From the NCBI GenBank assembly GCA_964510025.1, contig CAZDZV010000002.1, positions 1 to 64,000 of the forward strand: a DNA stretch of 64,000 nt, given 5' to 3'. This stretch comes from an uncultured Methanosarcinales archaeon. GTDB lineage: Archaea > Nanobdellota > Nanobdellia > Woesearchaeales > DATDXC01. Shown one piece after another: positions 29,521 through 39,610 of the stretch; position 1 is the stretch's first letter, and the number at the start of each line of letters is the position of its first letter. The notes beneath the pieces were generated by a model. The model searched no databases. It was not told the DNA's origin and was given only the letters and a program-made list of their open reading frames with translations. A program made the position numbers and the translations under genes.

Positions 29521-32500
29521 ATCAGGAGATTTATCTTAATACTGCTGTTGCTGGCAGCCAACGTCTATGCAATAGAGGTCAATGTAAATGGTATCCCGGG
29601 CGATAATACACTAATCACAGGGGATGTCACAGGCGAGCAATATTACAGGTATGGCTATCTAAGATATATGGGCAGGTATTACAGCGTTGTGCTCTGCAGC
29701 CAATATCCCTGTTCTGGAACAAATGAATTTGAAATAAGCCTTCCTTTTAATATGGAGGGGCAGGAAGCCGAGCTCATGGTCTATGACTATACCACATATA
29801 CGTACTATGATGAAATATACGACAGAGAAGTAACCAGAAGAAGGGGTTGGACATATTTTCCGATAAGCTTTGTGACAGGCTGCACAGATGAGGACGGCAA
29901 TGATGAGTTTGCAAAGTCAGCAGCAGTGGGTATCAACGGAAGAAAGGAGGACAGCTGCCTGACTGAGAGCGTTCTGATGGAAGGTGTATGCAATGAACTT
30001 GAGAGCGAATGGGAGATGCATGATTGCATATGTGAAGATGGAAAATGCCTGGCTAAGTTTATTCCGCCAACACCTGTTGATATAGTACAGGGCACCACAA
30101 CTACAATAAAGCTTGAGCTGGCGGATAATATCAAGGCTGCCACACTGATGTGGGATCCTCCTTCAGGCAGTTTTGTTGATTCATTTTTCAGGTCTTTTTC
30201 AGATTTCTTCAGCAATAGGATATTTGCAAAGACAGGTCAGGCTTATTACCCATATAACACAGGCATATCGGTAGGGGGTAAACCTGACGGCATGGATGTA
30301 AAGGTCAAGGTCGGCATAGGCGGCCAGCTTATAGAGCTTCCGGATGGTGGCCTGCTTGTGAGCGGAACAGAGATCTTTACGGTCTATATCCAGGATACAG
30401 AAGGATACGATGCAGGAAATATCATATCATTCCAATATGATCCCAGAGAGGGCAATCTTGATCTTGGGACCATAACTGTAGAAAAAGGCCATGACAACGG
30501 CCATTTCTGGGTTGGAGCTGAGGGCTTCCCCGGAGAAGCTACTTTCTATGTCACAGGTACGGGCAGATGCGACCAGCTTGTTGAATGCGACGGCATAGGA
30601 CCATGCACAAGAGGAGCCATGGTGCACAGCTCAAGGATCACAGGCATCGGAAAAACATGCATCATCACAGGAGTGAGAGGGACGACTATCCAGAATAACA
30701 AACAGATCTTCCCATATGAAATGAATATAAACGGCAATAGCGCGGAATTTACAGTGGAAGGGCTTAGAAAAGGTATAGAGTATGACTACTGGATTGCACT
30801 TGAAAAGGATGATGGGAGCTATTTCGACAGCGCCTTAAGAAGCGTCGTTTCAGTGGAGGGAGACGACCTATGCTATAGTGAGGTTATCATTGCCTGGAAC
30901 AGGACAGGCTATGAGGGAAACAACTGGTGTGAGGGAGCTGACATCAACAGGGACGGTGCAGTTACTGTGACTGATGTAAGCATATTTAACCTGCATGACG
31001 GTGAAGATGAATGCGATTGGCTCTCTGGATGGTGCGGGGGAGCTGATGTGAACATGGATTCAGTAGTTAATGAAGAGGATTCAACAATAATAATCAGCTG
31101 GCTCGGGCATCAGTGTTCTGCTCTGATCCCTGTATTTGAGTTTGAGGTTGAGGGCATCCACAGCCTATATGGCGATTACTCAAATCTTGTGAACGATTAC
31201 AATGAGAATGACACTTTTGTGCTGAAAACATATGGGGATGGTTTGTCGGGAAAGTATTCCTTTTATCTTATGGATTATGGCTTCAACAGCTCTTTCCTGA
31301 GCTTTATCATACCTTTTGATCCTGATATAAATGGAATGAAGGCAGAGTTCGATGGGACAGAGACAGAGCTTGGTTTTGAGGGCGAAATCGTCTGTGAAAA
31401 AACTTGCCTGGTCGAGGATGAGACAGGGATGCTGGGGCAAGACGAATGCTGCTATGGCTTTGATATCTCCTATGCTGATGACCTTGAGATTGACGATGGG
31501 TGGGAGTTTATCTGCACAAACTGCGGTGATGGCACCTGTGACGAGCACGAATCATGGATGTCATGCTATGAAGACTGCTATGGCCAGCTAGAATGCAGGA
31601 ACTATGAGAAGAGGACAGAATTTGGATGCTTGAATGTTTCGCCTGTGACATACGGACTTGATCATTATTATGAATTTGAGAACAGCTATGAAGATAGTAT
31701 CACAGGAGCAAGCTGCATACATGACAACACACGCTTCATAGAAGGCGGAAGCGGCGTGGCTCTGCAGTTTGATGAAGGGTGCCTGACTAATCTGGGGAGC
31801 ATAGGAAGCGAGCGCTCGATTGCCTTCTGGGCTGAGGTGGATGAGCCAGAGGCAAGGAATTACCTGTATAGTGAAGATGATATCTATCTTTATGCAGAAG
31901 CTAAGAAGATATATTATTCATCAGGATGCGGTGTACATGAGATTGATAAGGACATCCAGGATATGGACTGGCATTATATTGTTATAACAAGGGACAGTAC
32001 AGAGGAGGCTGTATATATCGACAATAAGAGAGCCTATTCAGGCCAAGCATGCGGCTATGTGGGGTCTGGTGTGCAGATTGCTAGCTGCAATGCAGACGGC
32101 CTAAACGGCTCCATCGATGAGGTCATGATATTCAACAGAGCGTTAAGGCCTGAGGAGGCATCGGAATTGTTCTATTTCTTCGGGGGAGAGGAGGACTACG
32201 AGGAATTGGAAGAGTTTGAGGAGATGTCATTCAAGCTTTGCAGGGACGCATGCACTGACTCATTTTCCGTTTTCAAGAAAGATTCACCGATGCGTATAAA
32301 AGCTGAAAATACGCAGGATGCCCTTATAGAAGGTTTAGTCGAGCTTCCTGACGGGACAAAGGAGACAGTAGCATTTACAGATGGCTCTGCTGAGTATATA
32401 CCAGGCCAGGTTGGCGAGCATTATTTCTATGTGATTGCAAGCAAGGAAGGGTACAAGACAGTGATAATGCCAGAGAGCTTTATCGTCCTGGAAGAGCTTC

Positions 32501-33216
32501 CTGTTATCATAGGTGATTTTGATCCGCTTCCTTTCAGCGTGCAGGAAAATCTGGTATTATGGATGGACGGTTCAGAGGATAAGTCATATTACAGGAAACA
32601 TGGAGCATTGAATGGGGGTGCAAGAGTGACAGAATACGGCATTAAAGGAAAAGGCCTTGAGTTTGACGGGGATGGTGATTTTGTGTCGATTCCGGACGCG
32701 CCTGAACTTGAAAATCCTGAATGGACAGTATGTTTGTGGGCGTATCCAAGGAGCCTTGATGATGCCTATATCATCGACTCTGGCATGGAAGAAGATGTCG
32801 GCGGACTTGCAATGGTCATTAAGGACGGCAAATGGAGAGCTGATGCATGGGATGGCGAGACGTCAGTAGATCCTTCAGATTTCAACTATTGGGACACAGG
32901 AAGCGATGTATCATTAAACGAATGGACACATGTTGCAATAACTTCGACAGGCCTCGATGTCAAGGCCGGGGATCAGCTGTTGAGCTCAAAGATAACCATA
33001 TATGTCAATGGAAAGGAAGCTACCCATGCAAGGTTTGCAGGCACAAGATTTGCAGTCGGAAACCCCTGGCCCAAGAAGATCGGAAGGTCTGAAGGCTATG
33101 ACTGGGCGCCTGGGTATCTAGAGCCGTATTATTTTGAGGGCTATATAGATGAGGTGATGGCCTTCAACAGGGCATTGACAGCAGAAGAAGTGTGGGGAAT
33201 ATATAACCTAAGATGA
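29521..33216 (+). CDS. Large acidic secreted protein with dockerin-like repeats and two LamG/ConA-like domains; start uncertain (ATC?)
   Basis: Signal-like IRRFILILLLLAANVYA; ADINRDGAV...D and ADVNMDSVV...D; two G.IDEVM.FNRAL motifs. Confidence 0.8.
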   Translation: MRRFILILLLLAANVYAIEVNVNGIPGDNTLITGDVTGEQYYRYGYLRYMGRYYSVVLCSQYPCSGTNEFEISLPFNMEGQEAELMVYDYTTYTYYDEIYDREVTRRRGWTYFPISFVTGCTDEDGNDEFAKSAAVGINGRKEDSCLTESVLMEGVCNELESEWEMHDCICEDGKCLAKFIPPTPVDIVQGTTTTIKLELADNIKAATLMWDPPSGSFVDSFFRSFSDFFSNRIFAKTGQAYYPYNTGISVGGKPDGMDVKVKVGIGGQLIELPDGGLLVSGTEIFTVYIQDTEGYDAGNIISFQYDPREGNLDLGTITVEKGHDNGHFWVGAEGFPGEATFYVTGTGRCDQLVECDGIGPCTRGAMVHSSRITGIGKTCIITGVRGTTIQNNKQIFPYEMNINGNSAEFTVEGLRKGIEYDYWIALEKDDGSYFDSALRSVVSVEGDDLCYSEVIIAWNRTGYEGNNWCEGADINRDGAVTVTDVSIFNLHDGEDECDWLSGWCGGADVNMDSVVNEEDSTIIISWLGHQCSALIPVFEFEVEGIHSLYGDYSNLVNDYNENDTFVLKTYGDGLSGKYSFYLMDYGFNSSFLSFIIPFDPDINGMKAEFDGTETELGFEGEIVCEKTCLVEDETGMLGQDECCYGFDISYADDLEIDDGWEFICTNCGDGTCDEHESWMSCYEDCYGQLECRNYEKRTEFGCLNVSPVTYGLDHYYEFENSYEDSITGASCIHDNTRFIEGGSGVALQFDEGCLTNLGSIGSERSIAFWAEVDEPEARNYLYSEDDIYLYAEAKKIYYSSGCGVHEIDKDIQDMDWHYIVITRDSTEEAVYIDNKRAYSGQACGYVGSGVQIASCNADGLNGSIDEVMIFNRALRPEEASELFYFFGGEEDYEELEEFEEMSFKLCRDACTDSFSVFKKDSPMRIKAENTQDALIEGLVELPDGTKETVAFTDGSAEYIPGQVGEHYFYVIASKEGYKTVIMPESFIVLEELPVIIGDFDPLPFSVQENLVLWMDGSEDKSYYRKHGALNGGARVTEYGIKGKGLEFDGDGDFVSIPDAPELENPEWTVCLWAYPRSLDDAYIIDSGMEEDVGGLAMVIKDGKWRADAWDGETSVDPSDFNYWDTGSDVSLNEWTHVAITSTGLDVKAGDQLLSSKITIYVNGKEATHARFAGTRFAVGNPWPKKIGRSEGYDWAPGYLEPYYFEGYIDEVMAFNRALTAEEVWGIYNLR

Positions 33217-36200
33217 AGAAGATATTAAGGGCAGCTGCATGCTTTATGATAGCTTTGATAGTGTCGATCACAATATGCCATGCAAAGATAATCGATGGCA
33301 TATATGTGGAGGAGGGGTCTAGACAGACAACCAAGGGTTCTCGTGATAGCTCTGAACCTGGCTATGATGCTTTACCTCATGGAAGACCATATTATTTGAC
33401 GAACAGCAAATGGGACTGGAGCGAAGACCAGACGTGGTGGGATGAAACCAAAACAGACTATGAAACATCTGCAGACCTATCTTTTGATGATGAACAAGGA
33501 TGGCAAGGCACTGCCACCAAGAAAGAGACAACATCCTATGAAGAGGAGAGCCATGCTCATTGGATGGATGTCTGGGCTGATGGACCTTATGATACCCGAG
33601 TCATAGCCTGCAAGATCGACTATAAAGGGGAAAGCACAAAGATTGAAAAGGCCACCTTAACCTGTGAAGAAGGTATCTGCGAGGAATGCCATGAAGAAAC
33701 CTATGAGATGGATGGAAAATGGACAAGAAATTGCGAATCATGGGGGGAAAGGAACAGCCAGACAGTTCAGTATGATTATGAAACTACCACAGAAGAAGTA
33801 CCTGTCGAGGATGATTACACTGTACCCAAGATTTGTTATCAGCGTGAAGACTACAGCTGTTTTAACGACTGGAGCTACCTGTTTGCTGACCAAGACCGGG
33901 TGGAACCGCATGAATCTGCCTATGTAAATGAAGAGCCTGAGTGTTACGGAAGGGTGCTTCGCTATGAGGTTGAGCAGCCGATGACGCTAGTACATGAATC
34001 TCATGCTCCGAATTGGGACTACAACCAATATGATTATGATGAGATCTCTGTTGACTATAGATGGCACAGCTGCTATGATAAAGAGCTGGAAACAGAGCTG
34101 TTTATAGATTCTTCATCATATTTTGCGATAGATCCGATTATCAATCTTGATAGGGCTGCTATCCAGAAGGATGACGAGATATTCTATATGATGGGGCGTA
34201 TGGAGAGGTCTGACAAAATAGGCTGTGAGATAAAGGTTAATGAAATCGAAGCAGATGAGGAAATAACCAAGTTTAAGCTTCTGGATGAAAGCGGCAATGT
34301 GATCGCAGAGGAGGATGTTGCAAAATGGCAGGAAAGAGAATGTTACATGCCCGGCTGCTTGATAAGCTGGGTTATTTTTGAGGATGAATCCCTGTATGAG
34401 CAGGATAAGATCCCAAGAGGAGAGAAGCTGACATGCGTCTTCGAGGGATCCAGCACATTAAAGCCCAAGCCTATACCCTTAATCCTGCTGGAGAACAGGA
34501 AAGATGAATCAAGATATTCAGAGTCGACTGTGTTCTCTGTTTCTGAAGATGACTGGAGAAACGTATTGTCGTCTATACCTGCGACATTATGGTACAATGA
34601 GTCTTTTGGAAGGGATTATTATGGCAAAACGCAGGGGATAAATATGCAAAATGAATGGTGCCAGCATACTGATGATGTGATGAATGAGGAAGGGGAGCTA
34701 GAGCCCTCTAAGAAATGCGCCTATCCTTTGATAGTGCACGCGGGAAATCCCTTTACAGGCAGCCACTACAAAAGCGAGATATGGGACTCCAATGTGCCTG
34801 GATATGATTTTGACAGGTTCATGCTGGACTATGATATACAGGATGTCAGGGAAGGAAGGTTCTGGAAAGAACAGTGGAAATCCGCTGGCGTTGCTGTTGT
34901 GGTTGACTACAATGATTACAAGACTGGACTGTTGGCTGCCCAGTTTGCTTCCTATTTCAACGCCCCATTGGTGTTCGTTGGGCAGGAAAACAGGAATGAG
35001 TGGCAGGAGTACCTTGATGCAAAAGCGCTGATAATCATCGGAAGCCTTGAGGCAGGAATAGCTGAAGAGCTGAAAGAAAAGAATGCCATATTAGAATATG
35101 ATGACTATTATAACTTTAGGTTTCCCTGCTGGTATGGTTATGACAGTGTTGAGTGTGATTTTCCTGCGATGACTTTAACTTCAGATGAGCTGCAGGATCT
35201 CCTTTTTGACCTAGTGCGGGGTTCTGACTTAGGCTATAAATCAGACAAAGGGATAGTTGTGACCAATCCGAATGATATTGAAAATGAGTTCTGCGAAGAC
35301 GGAGAGTTCTGCAAGATGTCCTTGTTTGCCCCTATGCTGGCCTTTGATAAAGACTGCCATATGGGATTTTTAGACAATGATAAGGTAACAAGCTTCCATG
35401 AACTGCAAAGGCTAGATAAGGAGCTCGAGGAAGAATTAGGGAAGGAAAATCCCAGCGAAACTGTTATTGATGGCTTGTTTGATGAAGAGGAAACCATAGA
35501 CAATGAGATAAGGGGCGCTGCAGAATCCATAGGGGGCAAGCTATGGACAGATATCTTCTATAATGATGATTACTATTACAGCTATATATCAGATTATGTC
35601 ATGTTTTTAGGGGGTCCGACTGCAATACCCATAAGCACAAGCACTATAAGCAACCTTGACGCTTTCTATGTGGATGAAGACGGATATCTTCAGGAATGTG
35701 AATGCGAGATAGAGCCAGACAAGGACTATGACAGGTTCTACCACCGCACAACAGCAGACATGTCTGCCAAGATTGCCCAGCACCTGATTGGCTTCCCTGA
35801 ATGTGCGGCTTGTGAGGATGGCTCATGCGAATGGCCGCTGACAGGCGGGGCAGTTATGACGACCATGAGCGGCAAGAAGGAGGAGGTTGACCCGATAGCA
35901 GAGTATCTGGCTGGATTGATCTATGAATACAGACATGACGGAGGTATGGCATACCTATACCACTGGATCAGGGGGGATCCGGGAACCACATCTGAGTATC
36001 TCATCAGCAAGTCTGGCTCCTCTTCGAACAACAGACCAGACTACCAGCCGCTGTCCAGAGAATTAGAAAGAATCCTGGTTCAACAAAAAGACACAAAAAT
36101 CACGACATTGGAGGAGGACAGGATAAGCTGCCCTTTGAACAAGCAATCTAGAATATACTCATATTCTTCAGAATCACCGATGAGCGGAAGGAGCGTTTGG

Positions 36201-37952
36201 CTGAAAACAAAAATAAACCTGGATACCTTTGAACAAAACCTGGCTATTGCACACTACTATAGTATAATGAACAGGTTTAGGCAGGGAATTTTCTCAAAAA
36301 TAGATGCTATAGCAGCTGCTAACAGGCTATTATCCACCCAGAGCATAGCGCCCATTCAATTACCTGAACTTAATGACTATGTAAAACAGATGTTCCCTGA
36401 GGTTGAGGCTTATAGGTGCGTCATCAGTGGCGGATTCGGATGTTCGCTCTCTGACTTGGATCCAGAGACAAAGCAGAGATATTTGAACCTGCAAAAGCAT
36501 CTCACAGAGATGGATCTCGATAAATTATCCAAAGCCACTAAATCAGTGTTGATAAAACTGCAGGAAGAGCATAACGTGCAAATATATCTCAAGGCAATGT
36601 ATGATTACTACATGGATGTAGCTATGATGCCCAGGCTGCCTTTCATGGATGATCCGGCAGAAGGGTCAACGCCGGAGTTAAAGCATACCAGATTTGGGAT
36701 ATTCCTTATGCGCCCGTGGGAAATCGGGAAGCATTCAGTGGAGCCGATCGACTGGGATGTTGAGACATTTCAGAGAGAGAGGTGGACTCATAATTACAGA
36801 GACTGGAACCCAGAGCTGTTGGAAAAGGTGTATGATTTTGTAAAGGGCGATACACTAGCTGATACAATAAAAAATATAGGGAAAGCTCTGCCTGGTGTGA
36901 AGGACAGCAGAAGCGCTAGCAAAAGTGCTTTTTATTGGGTCAATGGTAAGGTCTTTGGGGATACATTTGACCACGATCTAACCAATACCGAATCAGCGTT
37001 TATAGCGCAGCTAAAGGAGAACAGGCAAAAGGCACAAGAGGATATTGGGAAAATTCAAGATGCGATAGAATGCATACATACCCCATCCTCGCAGTTGTAT
37101 TCTGATCCAGCAAATGATAACACTAGATTTGAAGCATGCTCGCTTAAGGTAGATCGAGCATTTACGGTTTCTCCATTCGAATACAGGCTGAATGAGGTTC
37201 AGTCTGAGTTCTACGGCCCTGGTCTTCCCGGAGAGAAAGCACTAGAGGAAACAGAAAAGCAAATAGTCAATATGTGGTTCTCCACTGCAGAGGACGCGCA
37301 GAGAAAACATAAGGATATACTCAATACTAACAAGATAGTATCTGAGATCGCTTTGATAGCTGCTGTTGCTATAGCAACATTTGGCGTTGGAACTGCAGCT
37401 TCCGGGGTTTTTGGCGCCCTTACATTTATTGCACAGGGCAGCTTAGCTAAAGGTTTCATTGGACTAGCCCTCATGGGGTACCATTATCTGCATGGTGTGC
37501 CTGCTGCAGTGACAGCAGCCTGGAACGCTTGTTCTGGGCAGGATATACAGCCAGGAGAAAACGCAGTTTTGAATATTGGACCTGTACGCGCAGTAGATGA
37601 TTCTGCCTGCTTCCAATCGGCTTTCCTGGCCGGCATTTATATAGGGGGGTTGATAGCGGCTGAGACTGTAAGTGCGCTTAAATTCTTTAGATTAGAAGAC
37701 ACATCCTTGTATAAACACCTAACAGAGAAACCGGCTGTAAAGCCAGCTGTCAAAGGCGGCTGCTTCCTGGAAGACACAAGTATTAAGATGGCTGACGGAA
37801 GCTATAAGGATATTGAAGATATTCAAATAGGGGAGAAAGTGATGGCTTATGATATTGAGAATGACCAGCCAGTGGCTGCAGATGTGACCACAACATTTGT
37901 CAGGAACGAAACAAGCTACAGGATTATCGAATATGAGATTATCGAAGAATGA
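33213..37952 (+). CDS. Large secreted protein (1579 aa) ending in an N-terminal Hint/intein fragment
   Basis: Signal peptide; acidic Cys-rich body; Ala/Gly hydrophobic segments; C-terminal GG-CFLEDTSIKMADGSYKDIEDIQIGEKV. Confidence 0.88.
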   Translation: MKKILRAAACFMIALIVSITICHAKIIDGIYVEEGSRQTTKGSRDSSEPGYDALPHGRPYYLTNSKWDWSEDQTWWDETKTDYETSADLSFDDEQGWQGTATKKETTSYEEESHAHWMDVWADGPYDTRVIACKIDYKGESTKIEKATLTCEEGICEECHEETYEMDGKWTRNCESWGERNSQTVQYDYETTTEEVPVEDDYTVPKICYQREDYSCFNDWSYLFADQDRVEPHESAYVNEEPECYGRVLRYEVEQPMTLVHESHAPNWDYNQYDYDEISVDYRWHSCYDKELETELFIDSSSYFAIDPIINLDRAAIQKDDEIFYMMGRMERSDKIGCEIKVNEIEADEEITKFKLLDESGNVIAEEDVAKWQERECYMPGCLISWVIFEDESLYEQDKIPRGEKLTCVFEGSSTLKPKPIPLILLENRKDESRYSESTVFSVSEDDWRNVLSSIPATLWYNESFGRDYYGKTQGINMQNEWCQHTDDVMNEEGELEPSKKCAYPLIVHAGNPFTGSHYKSEIWDSNVPGYDFDRFMLDYDIQDVREGRFWKEQWKSAGVAVVVDYNDYKTGLLAAQFASYFNAPLVFVGQENRNEWQEYLDAKALIIIGSLEAGIAEELKEKNAILEYDDYYNFRFPCWYGYDSVECDFPAMTLTSDELQDLLFDLVRGSDLGYKSDKGIVVTNPNDIENEFCEDGEFCKMSLFAPMLAFDKDCHMGFLDNDKVTSFHELQRLDKELEEELGKENPSETVIDGLFDEEETIDNEIRGAAESIGGKLWTDIFYNDDYYYSYISDYVMFLGGPTAIPISTSTISNLDAFYVDEDGYLQECECEIEPDKDYDRFYHRTTADMSAKIAQHLIGFPECAACEDGSCEWPLTGGAVMTTMSGKKEEVDPIAEYLAGLIYEYRHDGGMAYLYHWIRGDPGTTSEYLISKSGSSSNNRPDYQPLSRELERILVQQKDTKITTLEEDRISCPLNKQSRIYSYSSESPMSGRSVWLKTKINLDTFEQNLAIAHYYSIMNRFRQGIFSKIDAIAAANRLLSTQSIAPIQLPELNDYVKQMFPEVEAYRCVISGGFGCSLSDLDPETKQRYLNLQKHLTEMDLDKLSKATKSVLIKLQEEHNVQIYLKAMYDYYMDVAMMPRLPFMDDPAEGSTPELKHTRFGIFLMRPWEIGKHSVEPIDWDVETFQRERWTHNYRDWNPELLEKVYDFVKGDTLADTIKNIGKALPGVKDSRSASKSAFYWVNGKVFGDTFDHDLTNTESAFIAQLKENRQKAQEDIGKIQDAIECIHTPSSQLYSDPANDNTRFEACSLKVDRAFTVSPFEYRLNEVQSEFYGPGLPGEKALEETEKQIVNMWFSTAEDAQRKHKDILNTNKIVSEIALIAAVAIATFGVGTAASGVFGALTFIAQGSLAKGFIGLALMGYHYLHGVPAAVTAAWNACSGQDIQPGENAVLNIGPVRAVDDSACFQSAFLAGIYIGGLIAAETVSALKFFRLEDTSLYKHLTEKPAVKPAVKGGCFLEDTSIKMADGSYKDIEDIQIGEKVMAYDIENDQPVAADVTTTFVRNETSYRIIEYEIIEE
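37761..37949 (+). other. Split Hint domain, N-fragment (63 aa)
   Basis: Block A CFLEDTSIKMADG and K.IEDI..GE.V motif; stop codon occurs before any TxxH block B. Confidence 0.9.
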
Positions 37953-39012
37953 GCTTAAGAATGCTGCCTTGTTCTTGATTTTGCTAATTCCAATTGCCTA
38001 TTCTGCTGAGCTTAGGGTAACCTTAGAGCATCCATTCCTGCTGGAAGGCGGATGGGTAGCTGCTTCTGAGCTTAAGGTCGGGGATGAGCTTACTACGTCT
38101 GATGGAAGAAAAGCCAGGATAAAGAATATCATCGATGTTGGTAGCCAAGTTGAGGTCTATAATCTTCATGTTGCCGGGCCAAATACGTTCTTTGCAAATG
38201 ATATCCTTGTGCATAACAAAGCCATGCCAGCGCGCAAGGGACATCCGTACCTGCCAGATGTCCCGGAGGAAAAGCTTTCTTTAACAGCATCATCAATGGA
38301 AACTGAAGGGGAAAGGGCATTTGCAGCTGAGTTTGTGAGAGAATCGTATTCCAAAAGGTTTATGGAAGCATATGCAAAAGCAATGGCAGATCCTGCAAAC
38401 AAAGGCAAGACAATCCAGCAACTAATAGATGCAAAGGTAATAAAACCTGGAGATGTTGCTATGGCTTTATACGCTGATGATGCAGCCCAAAAGGTATTGA
38501 GCGGGAAGATAGACAGGGTGATATTATTCGCTTCAAAATCAGGCGATGACTACCCTGCCCTGGCAATGCAGGGAAGCTATGAGAGCCCTCTTGTAAAGAC
38601 TGTGGCACAGCACGGCATGCGTACAAGGGAAATAACAGTATACTCAACAGGAAGAAATCCAATAGCAGGCAAGCAGCCCTTTGAAGTGATTGCAAGAACT
38701 GCTCTGGATGCGCTAGACTATCCTGACGTTGAGGGAATATCTATTCTTGTTGAGATGAGAGAAGCAAGAATCTACGCCAGATATCTTCCGTGCCAATATG
38801 CCCCAAAAAAAATGGTCGAAGCATATGTGTTATCCAATCCAGGACATGAGCTGGTTTGCGACACCATAAAGGGACAGACTGTATGGTATGCCCAACATAC
38901 AGACAGCGGTATGCTGCTTGGACAGCCTGTCCAGGCTGAGATAAGCGATGTTATTATGATATCAAAACCGGAAATAAGTGAAGCATTACTAAATCTTCTT
39001 AAAGGGCAATAG
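37933..39012 (+). CDS. Signal peptide + Hint C-fragment + cargo domain 1
   Basis: MRLSKNELKNAALFLILLIPIAYS, then AELRVTLEHPF...VYNLHV...FFANDILVHN, then 264 aa of unique sequence. Confidence 0.88.
   Translation: MRLSKNELKNAALFLILLIPIAYSAELRVTLEHPFLLEGGWVAASELKVGDELTTSDGRKARIKNIIDVGSQVEVYNLHVAGPNTFFANDILVHNKAMPARKGHPYLPDVPEEKLSLTASSMETEGERAFAAEFVRESYSKRFMEAYAKAMADPANKGKTIQQLIDAKVIKPGDVAMALYADDAAQKVLSGKIDRVILFASKSGDDYPALAMQGSYESPLVKTVAQHGMRTREITVYSTGRNPIAGKQPFEVIARTALDALDYPDVEGISILVEMREARIYARYLPCQYAPKKMVEAYVLSNPGHELVCDTIKGQTVWYAQHTDSGMLLGQPVQAEISDVIMISKPEISEALLNLLKGQ
38005..38231 (+). repeat. 227-bp direct repeat, copy 1 (Hint C-fragment)
   Basis: Ungapped match to 39789-40015; 14 mismatches by manual count. 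Confidence 0.95.
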
Positions 39013-39610
39013 GCCTTATGCTCTTATAGAGTTCTAGCTGGCCCCCCTCTGTTATTGTTGTTGGATCCTGAAAAACAAGGCAAGGGACATCCTTTCCGGT
39101 TCTTGTTGAAATCGTACCTGCTAAGCTTAAAGAACCACTAGCCCCAAGAAGTGAATTAAGGTCAAGTGCATAAGGACCGTCTGGATTATTTCTAAGAGGC
39201 AGCCCTGTCGGATCATGCATATCTTCTTGTCTGAAGTGAATGGTCAGGTCTCTTCCTGGTTCTGGCAGCTCTATCTCATATTTTGCGCCTGTCCTTTCAA
39301 GATAAAGCTGCATGGAAGATGCTGCTGCACCTGTTACAACTGCATCCAGAGTCTCTTGGACCTGGGGCGACAGTTCTGCTCCTGCTTCCCGTAGATGTTC
39401 ATAGGCCAGAAGAAATTCCCTGGGTGTCATAACTCTGAAACCCATGGCTTTCACCACTGATCCGGCCTTTTCTGGCGGCAGATACACAGTATCATCAATA
39501 ACTTCATAATCTGTCAAGCCCACAGCTTCAGCTGCGTTTCTGAATTTCGCATCATCCTGCAGCAGCTGCATGCTTATCCTGCCAATGCCAGGTACTTCGA
39601 TAAATCCCAT
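38999..39610 (-). CDS. Hypothetical protein (candidate partner/immunity of cargo 1)
   Basis: 203-aa ORF converging on and overlapping the cargo 1 gene end. Confidence 0.6.
   Translation of the reverse strand: MGFIEVPGIGRISMQLLQDDAKFRNAAEAVGLTDYEVIDDTVYLPPEKAGSVVKAMGFRVMTPREFLLAYEHLREAGAELSPQVQETLDAVVTGAAASSMQLYLERTGAKYEIELPEPGRDLTIHFRQEDMHDPTGLPLRNNPDGPYALDLNSLLGASGSLSLAGTISTRTGKDVPCLVFQDPTTITEGGQLELYKSIRPIAL

Noticed and set aside
37897..38004. Simple frameshift fusing carrier and cargo 1 into one contiguous Hint protein
   Set aside because: It would insert a hydrophobic signal-like stretch into the Hint core. The second copy has the same N-terminal boundary with a clear stand-alone signal peptide, which favours a true split.
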